Assembly (NCBI GenBank): GCA_024699225.1
Contig: JAILPZ010000046.1
Span: 1,661-65,660, forward strand
DNA length: 64,000 bases
Direction: 5' to 3'
Source: Sphaerochaetaceae bacterium
Lineage (GTDB): Bacteria; Spirochaetota; Spirochaetia; Sphaerochaetales; Sphaerochaetaceae
Shown in pieces: positions 28,527 to 38,201 of the stretch. Position 1 is the stretch's first letter, and each line of letters opens with the position of its first letter. The position numbers and the translations under genes were made by a program. The notes below the pieces were generated by a model. It saw nothing but the letters and a program-made list of their open reading frames with translations, searched no databases and was not told the DNA's origin.

Positions 28527-28565
28527 AACAAATAAAAAACCGGAAGACCCCGCAGGACCTTCCGG
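28527..28565 (-). terminator. rho-independent terminator of aspS
   Basis: Minus strand has CCGGAAG...CTTCCGG (7-bp outer stem plus inner CC/GG pairs) followed by TTTTTTATTTGTTT. Confidence 0.7.
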
Positions 28566-28585
28566 CACAAATTACAAAATTCTGA

Positions 28586-30367
28586 TTATTTTTCAGGATA
28601 CTTGATGGCAAGATGGAGCTCTTCAAGCTGCTTTGCATCTACATCATTCGGACAATCGTCCATCGGAGAGACAGCAAAACTGTTCTTCGGGAAGGCAATT
28701 GCCTCCTTGATTGAACTCTGATCGCTCATAATCATGACCATTCTGTCAATTCCGGGAGCAATTCCACCGTGTGGTGGTGGTCCGTACTTAAATGCATTAA
28801 GCAGGAAGCCGAACTTCTTCTCCGCTTCCTCATCCGTGAAGTTACAGATTCTGAAGATTCTCTTCTGAAGCTCAACGTCATGAATTCTGATTGAACCTGA
28901 AGCACACTCGTAGCCATTGACAACCATGTCGTACAAATCGCCTCTGACCTCTCCCGGATTCTGCTCGAGAGTATCAATATACTTGGCCTGCGGCATGCTG
29001 AACATGTGGTGTGCAGCCTCCCAGTGACCCTCGTCCTCGTTGTACTCAAAGAGCGGGAAGTCAACAATCCAGCAGAATGCAAAGCCCGGTCTGATTAGAC
29101 CAAGGTCCTTACCAAGCTTGCTTCTCAGAGCACCTGCTGAAGCACAGCACTTCTTCCAGTTGTTGTGTGCAACCATCAGAATTACATCACCGTTCTTAGC
29201 GCCAAGGTAGGAGCAAAGCTCTGCTTCAAGACCTGCAAAGTACTTTGCCGCACTTCCTGAAAGTCCGTTGTTCTCGCCAACCTTGATAAACGGAACAAAG
29301 GCGGCGCCGTAAACCTTGGCAGCCTCTGAAAGAGAATCAAGATACTTTCTTGTAAAATCAAAACCCTCTGTAGCAGGAGCAACAACAGCCTTTACATAGC
29401 CCTTGTCGGCGAGAATCTGCTTGTAGGCATCAAATGTGGACTTCTCAACAAGAGGACCGAGATCCTTAATCTCACATTCAAATCTGAGATCCGGCTTATC
29501 GCAGCCGTAGGTGTTCATGGCATCAAAGTAGTCAATTCTTCTGAAGTGAGCAGGAAGCTCATAGTTCATGGTTCTCTTGAATACGTAGCCGAACAGCTCT
29601 TCCATAAGGGAAAGAACATCATCTCTCTGAACAAAGCTCATCTCCACGTCCAGCTGTGTAAACTCGAGCTGGCGGTCGCCTCTGGCGTCCTCGTCTCTGT
29701 AGCAGCGGGCAATCTGGAAGTACTTGTCAAATCCGCTGACCATGAGCAGCTGCTTGTAAAGCTGCGGGCTCTGCGGAAGAGCATAGAACTTTCCTGCATA
29801 TTTTCTGGAAGGTACAAGGAAGTCTCTTGCTCCTTCCGGTGTGCTTCTGATAAGGGTCGGAGTCTCTATCTCATAGAAGTCCTTGTCGCAAAGGAAGTCT
29901 CTGATAGCCTTGATAAACTCGTGTCTGAGCCTGATTCTCTTCTGCATACCGCCTGAGCGGAGGTCCAGGAACCTGTACTTGAGCCTGAGATCCTCATTTG
30001 CAGTTGTCTCCTCATCAATCATGAACGGGAGAACCTCACACTTTGACAGAATCTCAATCTTCTGGGCCTGAACTTCAATCTCACCTGTAGCCATGTCCTT
30101 GTTGACCATGTTGTCCGGGCGCTTTCTTACAACGCCGGTTACGGCTATACAGTACTCCATCTTCAGCTGAGCAGCTGCCTTCTGAAGTTCTTCTGAAGCA
30201 TTATCATCTACAACAACCTGAGTAATACCGTAGCGGTCTCTGAGGTTGATAAAATGAAGGGCTCCGTGGTTTCTGTCTCTGTGAACCCAACCGTTGAGAA
30301 TAACTGTTTTTCCAACGTCTGCGGCTGTTAAAGCGCCGCATGTAACTGTTCTTTTTGTAAAGTTCAT
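28586..30367 (-). CDS. aspS: aspartate--tRNA ligase
   Basis: 593 aa with class IIb motifs FQIARCYRDEDARGDRQLEFTQLD and GGIAPGIDR, plus an N-terminal OB fold (GWVHRDRNHGALHFINLRDRYG). Confidence 0.95.
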   Translation of the reverse strand: MNFTKRTVTCGALTAADVGKTVILNGWVHRDRNHGALHFINLRDRYGITQVVVDDNASEELQKAAAQLKMEYCIAVTGVVRKRPDNMVNKDMATGEIEVQAQKIEILSKCEVLPFMIDEETTANEDLRLKYRFLDLRSGGMQKRIRLRHEFIKAIRDFLCDKDFYEIETPTLIRSTPEGARDFLVPSRKYAGKFYALPQSPQLYKQLLMVSGFDKYFQIARCYRDEDARGDRQLEFTQLDVEMSFVQRDDVLSLMEELFGYVFKRTMNYELPAHFRRIDYFDAMNTYGCDKPDLRFECEIKDLGPLVEKSTFDAYKQILADKGYVKAVVAPATEGFDFTRKYLDSLSEAAKVYGAAFVPFIKVGENNGLSGSAAKYFAGLEAELCSYLGAKNGDVILMVAHNNWKKCCASAGALRSKLGKDLGLIRPGFAFCWIVDFPLFEYNEDEGHWEAAHHMFSMPQAKYIDTLEQNPGEVRGDLYDMVVNGYECASGSIRIHDVELQKRIFRICNFTDEEAEKKFGFLLNAFKYGPPPHGGIAPGIDRMVMIMSDQSSIKEAIAFPKNSFAVSPMDDCPNDVDAKQLEELHLAIKYPEK

Positions 30368-30434
30368 ATTTGAATCCTTTGTGTGCGAATTCTATCACTT
30401 TCCTTTTTATACGTAAATAATATATCCTCAAGAC

Positions 30435-31136
30435 ATGAGTATTCTTTATATTGTGGCCACACCTATCGGAAACATGTCTGATATCACTCTCAGGGCAGTA
30501 GAAACCCTTAAGAGCGTGGATACGATTGCATGTGAAGACACAAGACACACATCAATCCTTCTCAACCACCTTGGAATCCAGGGAAAGTCCCTCATTGCCT
30601 GCCATGCAAGAAACGAGGAAAACTCGGCAAACGGAATAGTAAAACTCCTTTCCGAGGGCCATGATGTAGCCTACTGCTCAGATGCAGGAACCCCCGGAGT
30701 AAGTGATCCGGGAAGCCGCCTTGTAAGAATAGTCAGAGCAGCAGGATTCAAGGTTGTTCCCATCCCCGGAGCCTCCGCCTCAGTAACCCTTATCAGTGCA
30801 AGCGGCCTTGCCGGAAAGACCTTTACTTTTGAAGGTTTTCTCAGCCCTAAAAGCGGAAGAAGACAAAAGCGCCTGAATCAGCTTCTTGAACGGGATGAGG
30901 CCTTCATAATCTATGAATCTCCGTTCAGAATTCAGAAAACCCTTGAAGAGCTTAAAAACCTGGCTCCTGAAAGGACCATGGTTCTCGGAAGAGAAATGAC
31001 CAAGACTTTTGAAGAATTTATAACAGGAACTGCAGAAGAGGTTCTTTCACAGCTGAAGACTGTTAAGGGAGAATTTGCTCTTTGCGTTCTTCCGACCATG
31101 AAAGTTAAGGAAGAGGACGAGGAAGATGCTGACTGA
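30435..31136 (+). CDS. rsmI: 16S rRNA (cytidine1402-2'-O)-methyltransferase
   Basis: LYIVATPIGNMSDIT N-terminus and tetrapyrrole-methylase-like fold blocks (CEDTRHT, SDAGTPGVSDPG). Confidence 0.9.
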   Translation: MSILYIVATPIGNMSDITLRAVETLKSVDTIACEDTRHTSILLNHLGIQGKSLIACHARNEENSANGIVKLLSEGHDVAYCSDAGTPGVSDPGSRLVRIVRAAGFKVVPIPGASASVTLISASGLAGKTFTFEGFLSPKSGRRQKRLNQLLERDEAFIIYESPFRIQKTLEELKNLAPERTMVLGREMTKTFEEFITGTAEEVLSQLKTVKGEFALCVLPTMKVKEEDEEDAD

Positions 31137-31887
31137 GAAGAAGCTTCTCTCACTCAAGGAAAGAACCAGAATCCGAAAAATCTCCATGATTTTAGCAGAA
31201 GCTGCACACCGCGCACGACTTAAGCAATGCCCCGACTTAGTCTACATAAACACAATTCTTCCCCTGGCGGGACTTAAGGAAATAAGCACAGAGCAGCCAC
31301 AGACAGAAGATGAGTTTAAGAGCCTTGCCTTCCGTCTTGAAGACTACTCGCAGGCTCTTCTTACACGCCTTGGAGCCGAACCGTCCGACTGGGATTTTAC
31401 AGACGACAGCGGAGACCTGGACGTCTCCAGGAGAACCATACAGGACAAGATTCTGATCCTTGACCGCTTGAGAAGTCCCTACAACGTGGGAGCTGTTTTC
31501 AGAAGCGCAGACTCCTTCGGCATTAAAAAGATCATCCTTGTAGAAGGCTCAGCCTCCCCGGAGCATCAGAGAGCCAGAAGAACAGCCAGAGGCACAACGG
31601 AAACGGTTGAGTGGACCTTTATGAGTGAGGAAGAAGTAGTAAGGCTTCTTAAGACCTACAAAGAAGGTGAAGTACTGGCACTGGAACTTGGCGGAGAGAA
31701 CATAAACACATTCTCATTCCCCGTTCGCGGTGCTGCCGTACTTGGCAGTGAGGAGTTTGGAATAAGTCCTGAAATACTTGGCTGCTGCACAGGCAGAATC
31801 ACCATACCCATGGCCGGAACAAAGGGATCTTTGAATGTAAGTGTTGCCGCAGGAATTCTGCTTCAGGCCTGGTTTTCCCGCACCTGA
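31126..31887 (+). CDS. TrmH/SpoU-family RNA 2'-O-methyltransferase
   Basis: LRSPYNVGAVFRSADSFG, GSEEFGIS and IPMAGTKGSLNVSVAAGI blocks. Overlaps the rsmI end by 11 nt. Confidence 0.8.
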   Translation: MLTEKKLLSLKERTRIRKISMILAEAAHRARLKQCPDLVYINTILPLAGLKEISTEQPQTEDEFKSLAFRLEDYSQALLTRLGAEPSDWDFTDDSGDLDVSRRTIQDKILILDRLRSPYNVGAVFRSADSFGIKKIILVEGSASPEHQRARRTARGTTETVEWTFMSEEEVVRLLKTYKEGEVLALELGGENINTFSFPVRGAAVLGSEEFGISPEILGCCTGRITIPMAGTKGSLNVSVAAGILLQAWFSRT

Positions 31888-31889
31888 TT

Positions 31890-32396
31890 TTAAACGTTAA
31901 GTTTTAACGCCATCTGCTCATCACTTTCGTAAACAACATCAGAAGTCTTAACACGGACAGCCTCAGAAGTAAGAGTGTTTCTTGAAAAGTGAAGATACTC
32001 AATCTTGCCCCCGCCTGCAGCATAGATGAGCATGTAATTTTTCTGCGGGAAGAATGAAAGACCAAGATAGAGGGTTTTCGGATTTTCAGAAGAGAGACGG
32101 ATCAGCTCTTCCTGCTCATCCTCTGAAAGATAGTCATTTCTGCAGACTACGGATAAAAACTTCTTCCCCTTCTCCCTGTTGTGAACAAGAATATCCGGAA
32201 CAAGGTTCTTTCTAGACCATGTCTCTGAAACAGCCATATCAACGGAGTAAGGCAGAGAATTCTTCTCCAGAACCTTCATGATTCTCACAGCCAGAGCGTG
32301 AGAGAGCGCCGTCCTGTTTCTGGGCAGATTGTAAAGAATCCTGTCATTTGTTTCAAAATCCCTGAGAGCCAGAATAAAGATATCAAACTGTTTCAT
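31890..32396 (-). CDS. hypothetical protein (168 aa)
   Basis: ORF with no motif I recognise. The track start is GTG at 32450. The ATG at 32396 has TATAAT exactly 6 nt upstream and no SD. Confidence 0.45.
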   Translation of the reverse strand: MKQFDIFILALRDFETNDRILYNLPRNRTALSHALAVRIMKVLEKNSLPYSVDMAVSETWSRKNLVPDILVHNREKGKKFLSVVCRNDYLSEDEQEELIRLSSENPKTLYLGLSFFPQKNYMLIYAAGGGKIEYLHFSRNTLTSEAVRVKTSDVVYESDEQMALKLNV

Positions 32397-32489
32397 AACT
32401 TTATTATACAACAGGTTTTTCAAAACCCACACCATAAAGAAAAAAGCCACCGCAAAAATTTGCAGTGGCTCATAATCAAAAGATAAATC

Positions 32490-33434
32490 TTACTTAAGAA
32501 GACCCTTTGCCTTTGCAGCAATATCCTCAGCTGTGAAACCGAAGGCCTTGATAAGGTAAGCAAGGTTACCAACCTCACCGAATCTCTCGCCAACATTGAC
32601 AAAATCCATCTTTGTCGGACATGTCTTGGCCAGATGGTAAGCAATACCCTCACCTACGCCGCCTGCATATCTGCCGTTCTCGCAAACCAGAACGTGACCT
32701 GTCTTCTTTGCATACTTCTCAACAAGCTCTGTATCCAGCGGCTTGATTGTATGAAGGTCGATAAGGGCAGCGCTGATTCCTGCAGATTTGAGAATCTCAA
32801 GAGCCTTGACAGCTTCATTGACCATGGTCTCACCTGTGGCAAAGATAGCTACATCAGTACCGTCCTGAAGGACAATGCCCTTTCCAAGCTCAATCTTTGT
32901 TCCTACAGGATATCTGTGAGTGATTCCTCTTCTGCCGGCTCTCAGATATGAGCTGTGGCCGCTTTCATAGGCCTGGCGGATAAGTTCATAGCAGCTCTGA
33001 CCGTCAGAAGGATCGAGAATGATAAGATCAGGAATCTGTCTCATCAGTGCAATATCCTCAAACGGCATATGTGTTCCACCATTGACCTGGGCTGTAACAC
33101 CGGGGTCTGTACCAATAAGGTGGACTCTCTGCTTTGCATAGTTAACGGAAAGGAAGAACTGGTCATATGCTCTTCTTGATGAGAAGACGCCGAATGAATC
33201 AGCAAAAGGAACAAAACCCATTGAAGAAAGACCTGCTGCAACACCAACCATGTTGGCTTCTGCAATACCGCAGTTGAAGAATCTTTCAGGGAACTGCTTC
33301 TTAAAACCTGTACTTCCGAGACATGTCATGAGGTCAGCCTCAAGCATGCAGACATCTTTGTGCTCTGTGGCAAGATCAATGATTGCTGCCATGATTGCAT
33401 CTTTCATGTTTCCAAGATCAGCTGTATCTCTCAT
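32490..33434 (-). CDS. transketolase, C-terminal (pyrimidine-binding) subunit
   Basis: 314 aa with FFNCGIAEANMVGVAAGL and GGTHMPFEDIA blocks. Overlaps the upstream subunit (ATGA). Confidence 0.9.
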   Translation of the reverse strand: MRDTADLGNMKDAIMAAIIDLATEHKDVCMLEADLMTCLGSTGFKKQFPERFFNCGIAEANMVGVAAGLSSMGFVPFADSFGVFSSRRAYDQFFLSVNYAKQRVHLIGTDPGVTAQVNGGTHMPFEDIALMRQIPDLIILDPSDGQSCYELIRQAYESGHSSYLRAGRRGITHRYPVGTKIELGKGIVLQDGTDVAIFATGETMVNEAVKALEILKSAGISAALIDLHTIKPLDTELVEKYAKKTGHVLVCENGRYAGGVGEGIAYHLAKTCPTKMDFVNVGERFGEVGNLAYLIKAFGFTAEDIAAKAKGLLK

Positions 33435-34264
33435 TTTGCGCCTCCTTCAAGAGCTTCGATGGCTGACTTTGCATCCTCTTCGGAGACTGCCATACTGTGG
33501 TTGGAAACAACACCAACACCAGGAGCGTAGCCCCAGCTCTTAATTGTATCCATAATGATCATGCTCGGGCGGTCCTTAACCTTCTTTGCTGCCTGAACTG
33601 CATCATCAATAGCGTTAAAGTCGTGACCGTTGATTCTCTGAACATGCCAGTTGAATCCAAGCCATCTGGTATCAAGGTTGTCCATGTTAATAACATCCTT
33701 TGTATAACCGTCAAGCTGCTGCTTGTTGAAGTCTGTAAAAGCAATCAGGTTTCCAAGGTTCTGTGTTGAAGCAAACTCTGCCATCTCCCAGACCTGTCCT
33801 TCCTGGCTTTCACCGTCACCGAGAATAAGGTATGTAAATGCCTTCTCTCCCTTAATCTTCTGTCCGAGGGCAATACCTGCTGCTGCACTTGCGCCCTGTC
33901 CGAGAGAACCTGTTGTAAAGTCAATTCCGGGAGTCTTTGTCATGTCACAATGGCTCGGAAGGTTTGTGCCGCCCTTGTTGAGGGTAAGCAGCCAGTCCTT
34001 GGGGAAGTATCCCTTGTCAGCCAGTGTTGCATAAATTGACGGACCTGCGTGTCCCTTGGAACATACAAATCTGTCGCGTCCTTCCATCTTAGGATTTGAT
34101 GGGTCGATATTCATCTCATGGTAGTAAAGATATGCCAGTACATCTACGATTGACATAGCTCCACCAATGTGTCCCTTTCCCAGGTGGGCAATTTCATTAA
34201 TAGTTGAGATTCTGATTTCCTTTGCTTTCTCTTTCAGCATGTCCAATGTTGCGGAATCAAGCAC
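33431..34264 (-). CDS. transketolase, N-terminal (TPP-binding) subunit
   Basis: GHIGGAMS, SKGHAGP and GDGESQEGQVWE blocks. GTG start at 34264 with AGGAGG 7 nt upstream. Confidence 0.9.
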   Translation of the reverse strand: MLDSATLDMLKEKAKEIRISTINEIAHLGKGHIGGAMSIVDVLAYLYYHEMNIDPSNPKMEGRDRFVCSKGHAGPSIYATLADKGYFPKDWLLTLNKGGTNLPSHCDMTKTPGIDFTTGSLGQGASAAAGIALGQKIKGEKAFTYLILGDGESQEGQVWEMAEFASTQNLGNLIAFTDFNKQQLDGYTKDVINMDNLDTRWLGFNWHVQRINGHDFNAIDDAVQAAKKVKDRPSMIIMDTIKSWGYAPGVGVVSNHSMAVSEEDAKSAIEALEGGAK

Positions 34265-34290
34265 AGTATGTCCTCCTGATTAAAATCAAG

Positions 34291-34330
34291 TTTTAAAATC
34301 AAAAGCGTGTCCGGCTAAACAGACGGACAC
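34291..34330 (-). terminator. rho-independent terminator of proS
   Basis: Minus strand reads GTGTCCG-TCTGTTTAGC-CGGACAC followed by GCTTTTGATTTT. Confidence 0.6.
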
Positions 34331-34366
34331 AATATATTCATCAAAGCCCGGGTTAATACTGACCCC

Positions 34367-36091
34367 TCATTCCCTGTTGAGCTTTGCTAAGAGGGCCTGC
34401 GTATCGGACACAATTGAAGAAAGCGGACAGAGATTTACGGAGTCTTCGCTTCTGAGCTTAACTTCGTAATTTCCCTCTGCATAACTTCTTGCACCGATTG
34501 TAATGCGCACAGGAACTCCAATCAGGTCAGCATCTGCAAATTTGACACCTGCAGTTTCCTTCCTGTCGTCATAAAGGACTTCTATGCCCGCATTACTAAG
34601 TTCATTATAAACCCTTTCTCCAACTTCTGCATCTTTTATCAGACTAATAAGATGAACCTGGAACGGAGCGACTGAAAGAGGCAGTTTAAGGCCCTTCTCG
34701 TCGTTATATTCCTCACAAAGACAAGCAAGAAGTCTTCCTATTCCTATACCGTAGCTTCCCATAATTACCGGCTTTCTCTCGCCGTTCTCATCCTGGAAGT
34801 AACAGTTCATAGCCTCTGAGTAACGTGTGCCGAGCTGGAAGATGTTTCCAACCTCAACACCCTTGGAAGCCTTAAGAGGCTTGCCGCATTCAGGACACAG
34901 ATAGCCGTCCTGAGCACTTGCTATATCCGCAACCGTGCCTTCATAGTCTCTGCCGTAGTTGGTGTTAATGTAGTGATAGCCTTCCTTGTTGGCCCCGGCT
35001 ACAAGGTTGTTGCTCTTTGCAACCGAATCATCAATTACAACAACAGTTCCCTTCTTACATCCGATAGGTGAACCAAAGCCCGGAACCATTCCCGCTGCAG
35101 TAATTTCCTCTTCATGTGCAGGTCTCATTGAGTTTGCCATAGCTGCATTCTGAAGCTTGTTCTCCTCTACATCCATGTCGCCGCGGATAATACCGGCAAT
35201 AAGGCGCTCTTCTTCGCTTCCGTCTTTGTCGTTAATGTATGTTCCTACCATAAAGACAGCCTTGGCAGTCTTTTCGGCACTGATGTTGAGAACACGGCAA
35301 AGATCATCAATTGTCTTTGCATCCGGAGTAGAAACCAGCTCCTTCTCCTTCATCTCTTCTGCACAGTATGTCTTTTTGAACTTTGCAACCTGTCTGTTGG
35401 CTGTGTAACCGCATGCCGGGCATGTAATGATTGTGTCTTCCCCTACCGGTGAAAGATACATGTATTCGTGAGAGACCTTTCCTCCCATCATGCCGCTGTC
35501 TGAGCCGACTGCAACAACGGGAAGCCCGCATCTTTTGTAGATTCTAAAGTAAGCATCATAGTGGGCCTTGTAGACCTTCTCCAGACCTGCCTGGTCGCGG
35601 TCAAAGCTGTAGCTGTCCTTCATGGTAAACTCACGGACTCTGATAAGGCCTGCCCTCGGACGCGGATCGTCACGCCACTTTGTCTGAAGCTGATAGACAA
35701 GAAGAGGAAGGCGCTTGTATGAATCAATTACGTTTCTGCCCAAGTCTGTGCAGCACTCCTCGTGAGTCATGGCAAGGCACATGTCGCTGTCACGGCGGTC
35801 CTTGAAGCGGGTCATTTCCCTGTCAATGCTGTAAAAACGGCCGGTTTCCTTCCAGATGTCTCCCGGGTTTACTACCGGCATGAGGATTTCCTGTGCTCCA
35901 AGAGCATCCATCTCCTCCCTTACAATTGTTGAAATCTTTCTGATGGACCTGAATCCAAGGGGAAGAAGTGAAAATATTCCTGAAGCCAGCTGGTCTATAT
36001 AGCCTGCCCTGAGAAGATATTCGTAACCCTTTGTATCAGCTCCGTTTGGGGCCTCTCTGAGGGTTTTTGAAAAAAGTTTACTCATTCTCAT
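34367..36091 (-). CDS. proS: proline--tRNA ligase (bacterial type with editing insertion)
   Basis: 574 aa with class IIa motifs (REFTMKDSYSF, GSYGIGIGRL) and a C-terminal anticodon-binding domain. Confidence 0.95.
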   Translation of the reverse strand: MRMSKLFSKTLREAPNGADTKGYEYLLRAGYIDQLASGIFSLLPLGFRSIRKISTIVREEMDALGAQEILMPVVNPGDIWKETGRFYSIDREMTRFKDRRDSDMCLAMTHEECCTDLGRNVIDSYKRLPLLVYQLQTKWRDDPRPRAGLIRVREFTMKDSYSFDRDQAGLEKVYKAHYDAYFRIYKRCGLPVVAVGSDSGMMGGKVSHEYMYLSPVGEDTIITCPACGYTANRQVAKFKKTYCAEEMKEKELVSTPDAKTIDDLCRVLNISAEKTAKAVFMVGTYINDKDGSEEERLIAGIIRGDMDVEENKLQNAAMANSMRPAHEEEITAAGMVPGFGSPIGCKKGTVVVIDDSVAKSNNLVAGANKEGYHYINTNYGRDYEGTVADIASAQDGYLCPECGKPLKASKGVEVGNIFQLGTRYSEAMNCYFQDENGERKPVIMGSYGIGIGRLLACLCEEYNDEKGLKLPLSVAPFQVHLISLIKDAEVGERVYNELSNAGIEVLYDDRKETAGVKFADADLIGVPVRITIGARSYAEGNYEVKLRSEDSVNLCPLSSIVSDTQALLAKLNRE

Positions 36092-36149
36092 GGTTAATAA
36101 TCTCCTGTACTGCGGTTATTCTAACGAATCAGAGGTGATAAAACAATAA

Positions 36150-36183
36150 AGGGAAATAAAAACGGCACCTTTTCGGGTGCCGT
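36150..36183 (-). terminator. rho-independent terminator of add
   Basis: Minus strand reads ACGGCACC-CGAAAA-GGTGCCGT followed by TTTTTATTTCCC. Confidence 0.8.
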
Positions 36184-36207
36184 CGGTGAAAAACAATCAC
36201 AAATCAA

Positions 36208-37299
36208 TCAATTCCAGTCGGAATAGCCGTACTCCTGCTTTATATCGGCGTACTGTTTCTTAATTACCTGATAGATAATTCCGAGCTTCTGCTCGTGATG
36301 GGCAAAAGCACTCTTCATGGCATTTACGGTAACTCTCTCAAGGTCCTTGAGAGTCAACCCGTAGTTATCTGCAGCAATCTGCATTTCCTTTGTCATGGTT
36401 GTGTTGCTCATAAGAGGATTATCAGTACACAGGCAGACTCTGAAATGATTTCTGAAGAACAGCTGGAACGGATGGTCTGCAAAACTCTCTGCAGCTCCAG
36501 TTCCTATGTTGCTTGAAAGACACATCTCGAGAGGAATTCTCTTGTCCAGTACATAGTGAGCCAGATCTCCCATGCTCTGAATCTTAAGACCCTCGTAGTT
36601 TACGTCGTCTATAAGGTGTGTGCCATGCCCTATTCTGTGGGCACCGCAGACCTGAATAGCCTGCCAGATTGAATCAAGACCAAAGGCCTCTCCTGCATGA
36701 AGAGTAATATTGAAATTCTTTTTTCTAATGTACTGGAAAGCTTCAATATGCTTTTTCGGCGGGTTTCCGCTCTCGTCTCCGGCCAGGTCAAAACCGACAA
36801 CACCGCGGTCCCTGTAGGCAACTGCAAGTTTTGCAACATCAAGACTTATCTCCGGACTCTGGTGTCTCATGGCACAGAGAATCAGACCGTATTCAACGCC
36901 TGTTTCCTTCTTTCCCTGCTCCAGCCCCTTAAGAACGGCTTCAACAACCCTTGGCATGGAAAGACCCTGAGCTGTGTGAAAGATAGGAGCAAAACGGACT
37001 TCTCCGTAAACTACATTCTCCTCCTTCCAGTCCAGAACTGTCTCGTAGGCAACCCTTGCAAGGTTTTCCTCACTCTGCATAACTGCGGTGGTTACGCTGA
37101 AAGTTTTAAGATAAAGAGGCAGGCTCTTCTGTTTGCATCCTTCCTCAAACCAGCTCTTAAGCTCAATCTCGTTATAAGACGGAAGTTCCAGACCCTGCTT
37201 TCCGGCAAGTTCTATTATTGTTGAAGGCCTGAGACCGCCATCCAGATGATGATGAAGTTCAACCTTAGGAACTCTCTTAATAATATCTGCAGGTATCAT
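36208..37299 (-). CDS. add: adenosine deaminase
   Basis: VELHHHLDG metal motif, HAGE and TDNPL blocks. The ATG at 37299 is preceded by GAGGGAT; the track start is TTG. Confidence 0.9.
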   Translation of the reverse strand: MIPADIIKRVPKVELHHHLDGGLRPSTIIELAGKQGLELPSYNEIELKSWFEEGCKQKSLPLYLKTFSVTTAVMQSEENLARVAYETVLDWKEENVVYGEVRFAPIFHTAQGLSMPRVVEAVLKGLEQGKKETGVEYGLILCAMRHQSPEISLDVAKLAVAYRDRGVVGFDLAGDESGNPPKKHIEAFQYIRKKNFNITLHAGEAFGLDSIWQAIQVCGAHRIGHGTHLIDDVNYEGLKIQSMGDLAHYVLDKRIPLEMCLSSNIGTGAAESFADHPFQLFFRNHFRVCLCTDNPLMSNTTMTKEMQIAADNYGLTLKDLERVTVNAMKSAFAHHEQKLGIIYQVIKKQYADIKQEYGYSDWN

Positions 37300-37341
37300 A
37301 TCCCTCTGTCCTCCCAAATCCTTTGGATAATTCTAACACAG

Positions 37342-37998
37342 TTATCCTCTTCTAAAAAGATTTTTCCAAACCTTGAATGGACTGATTCTGAAGCGCACCA
37401 GACAGTAAATCCAGGCCATCAGCATTCCCGCCACATGAACTATTGAGCTCACTCCGTTTGAAATGAAGATGGAGCTGAAAATTTCAATAATCAGGAAGCC
37501 GAGAATAAGAACTCCGAGCCTTATCGGGAAAACAAAGAACAGAAGAACCTTTCCGTTGGGAACCATAACCGAGGCAAGGAACATAAGGGCATAGATAGCA
37601 CCGGATGCTCCGTAGATTACTGCATTTGGCATGCCTGTAAGGTTGTAGACAAGTGAGCCTACAGCACCGGCAAGTGTTCCGGTCAGGAAATAGAAAAGCA
37701 GGAACTCCTTGCTTCCGAGAGCTCTTTCGAGCATGCTGCCGAACATAAAGAGCATGTACATGTTAAAAAGAATGTGGAAAAAGTCCACATGAACAAACAT
37801 GTATGTCACATACTGCCAGATATAGCCCTTGCCTATCCATCCGGGGATAAGACTTAAATAATAAATCAACGGGATCCCGCTGAAACTGATGTTTGTAAGG
37901 TTTAAAAGAATATAAACTACAAGGTTGACCGCAATGATATAAATTACGGAGTTGAAATAAACATATTTGAACTTTTTGTTCAGTCTTAAATTTGCCAT
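37342..37998 (-). CDS. rhomboid family intramembrane serine protease
   Basis: Multi-TM protein with the GASGAIYAL (GxSG) Ser motif and a downstream His in SSIVHVAGML. The ATG at 37998 is supported by the promoter geometry. Confidence 0.8.
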   Translation of the reverse strand: MANLRLNKKFKYVYFNSVIYIIAVNLVVYILLNLTNISFSGIPLIYYLSLIPGWIGKGYIWQYVTYMFVHVDFFHILFNMYMLFMFGSMLERALGSKEFLLFYFLTGTLAGAVGSLVYNLTGMPNAVIYGASGAIYALMFLASVMVPNGKVLLFFVFPIRLGVLILGFLIIEIFSSIFISNGVSSIVHVAGMLMAWIYCLVRFRISPFKVWKNLFRRG

Positions 37999-38004
37999 AG
38001 ATAA

Positions 38005-38033
38005 ACAATAATCACGGGAAATAAACATGGCAA
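38005..38033 (-). promoter_or_regulatory. putative sigma-70 promoter TTGCCA-N17-TATTGT, with the -10 placed 6 nt before the rhomboid ATG
   Basis: Minus strand reads TTGCCATGTTTATTTCCCGTGATTATTGTTTATCTATG. No SD is present. Confidence 0.45.
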
Positions 38034-38034
38034 G

Positions 38035-38080
38035 TGTGAAATAATTGCACACTAATAATTGCTGGTGAAATTATTTCACA
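38035..38080. promoter_or_regulatory. two related 17-bp palindromes (kGTGAAATwATTkCACA), centres 29 bp apart
   Basis: 38035-38051 is TGTGAAATAATTGCACA and 38064-38080 is GGTGAAATTATTTCACA. In each, 7 of 8 arm positions are self-complementary, and the two sites share 14 of 17 positions. Confidence 0.45.
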
Positions 38081-38201
38081 ACCTGCACCGTAAAATGCAC
38101 AATAAAAGACTGATTTTATAAGCCTTATGCATACTGTTTTAAGGGCTTTTAAAATATGATTTTAAGAATTTTTTATTTTTTCAGGCATGAAAAACAAAAG
38201 T

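Noticed and set aside
28199-28638. 66-aa and 70-aa minus-strand ORFs in the aspS/Lon intergenic region
   Set aside because: They give low-complexity, Lys/Phe-rich translations of AT-rich DNA with no SD, and they overlap the aspS terminator and coding end. I treat the region as non-coding.
34265-36207. T-box or riboswitch leaders upstream of proS, aspS, punA, add and bioY
   Set aside because: The upstream spacers are short (about 25-120 nt) and mostly occupied by the terminator of the preceding gene. I saw no specifier/T-box (AGGGUGGNACCGCG-like), purine or other riboswitch core sequences.
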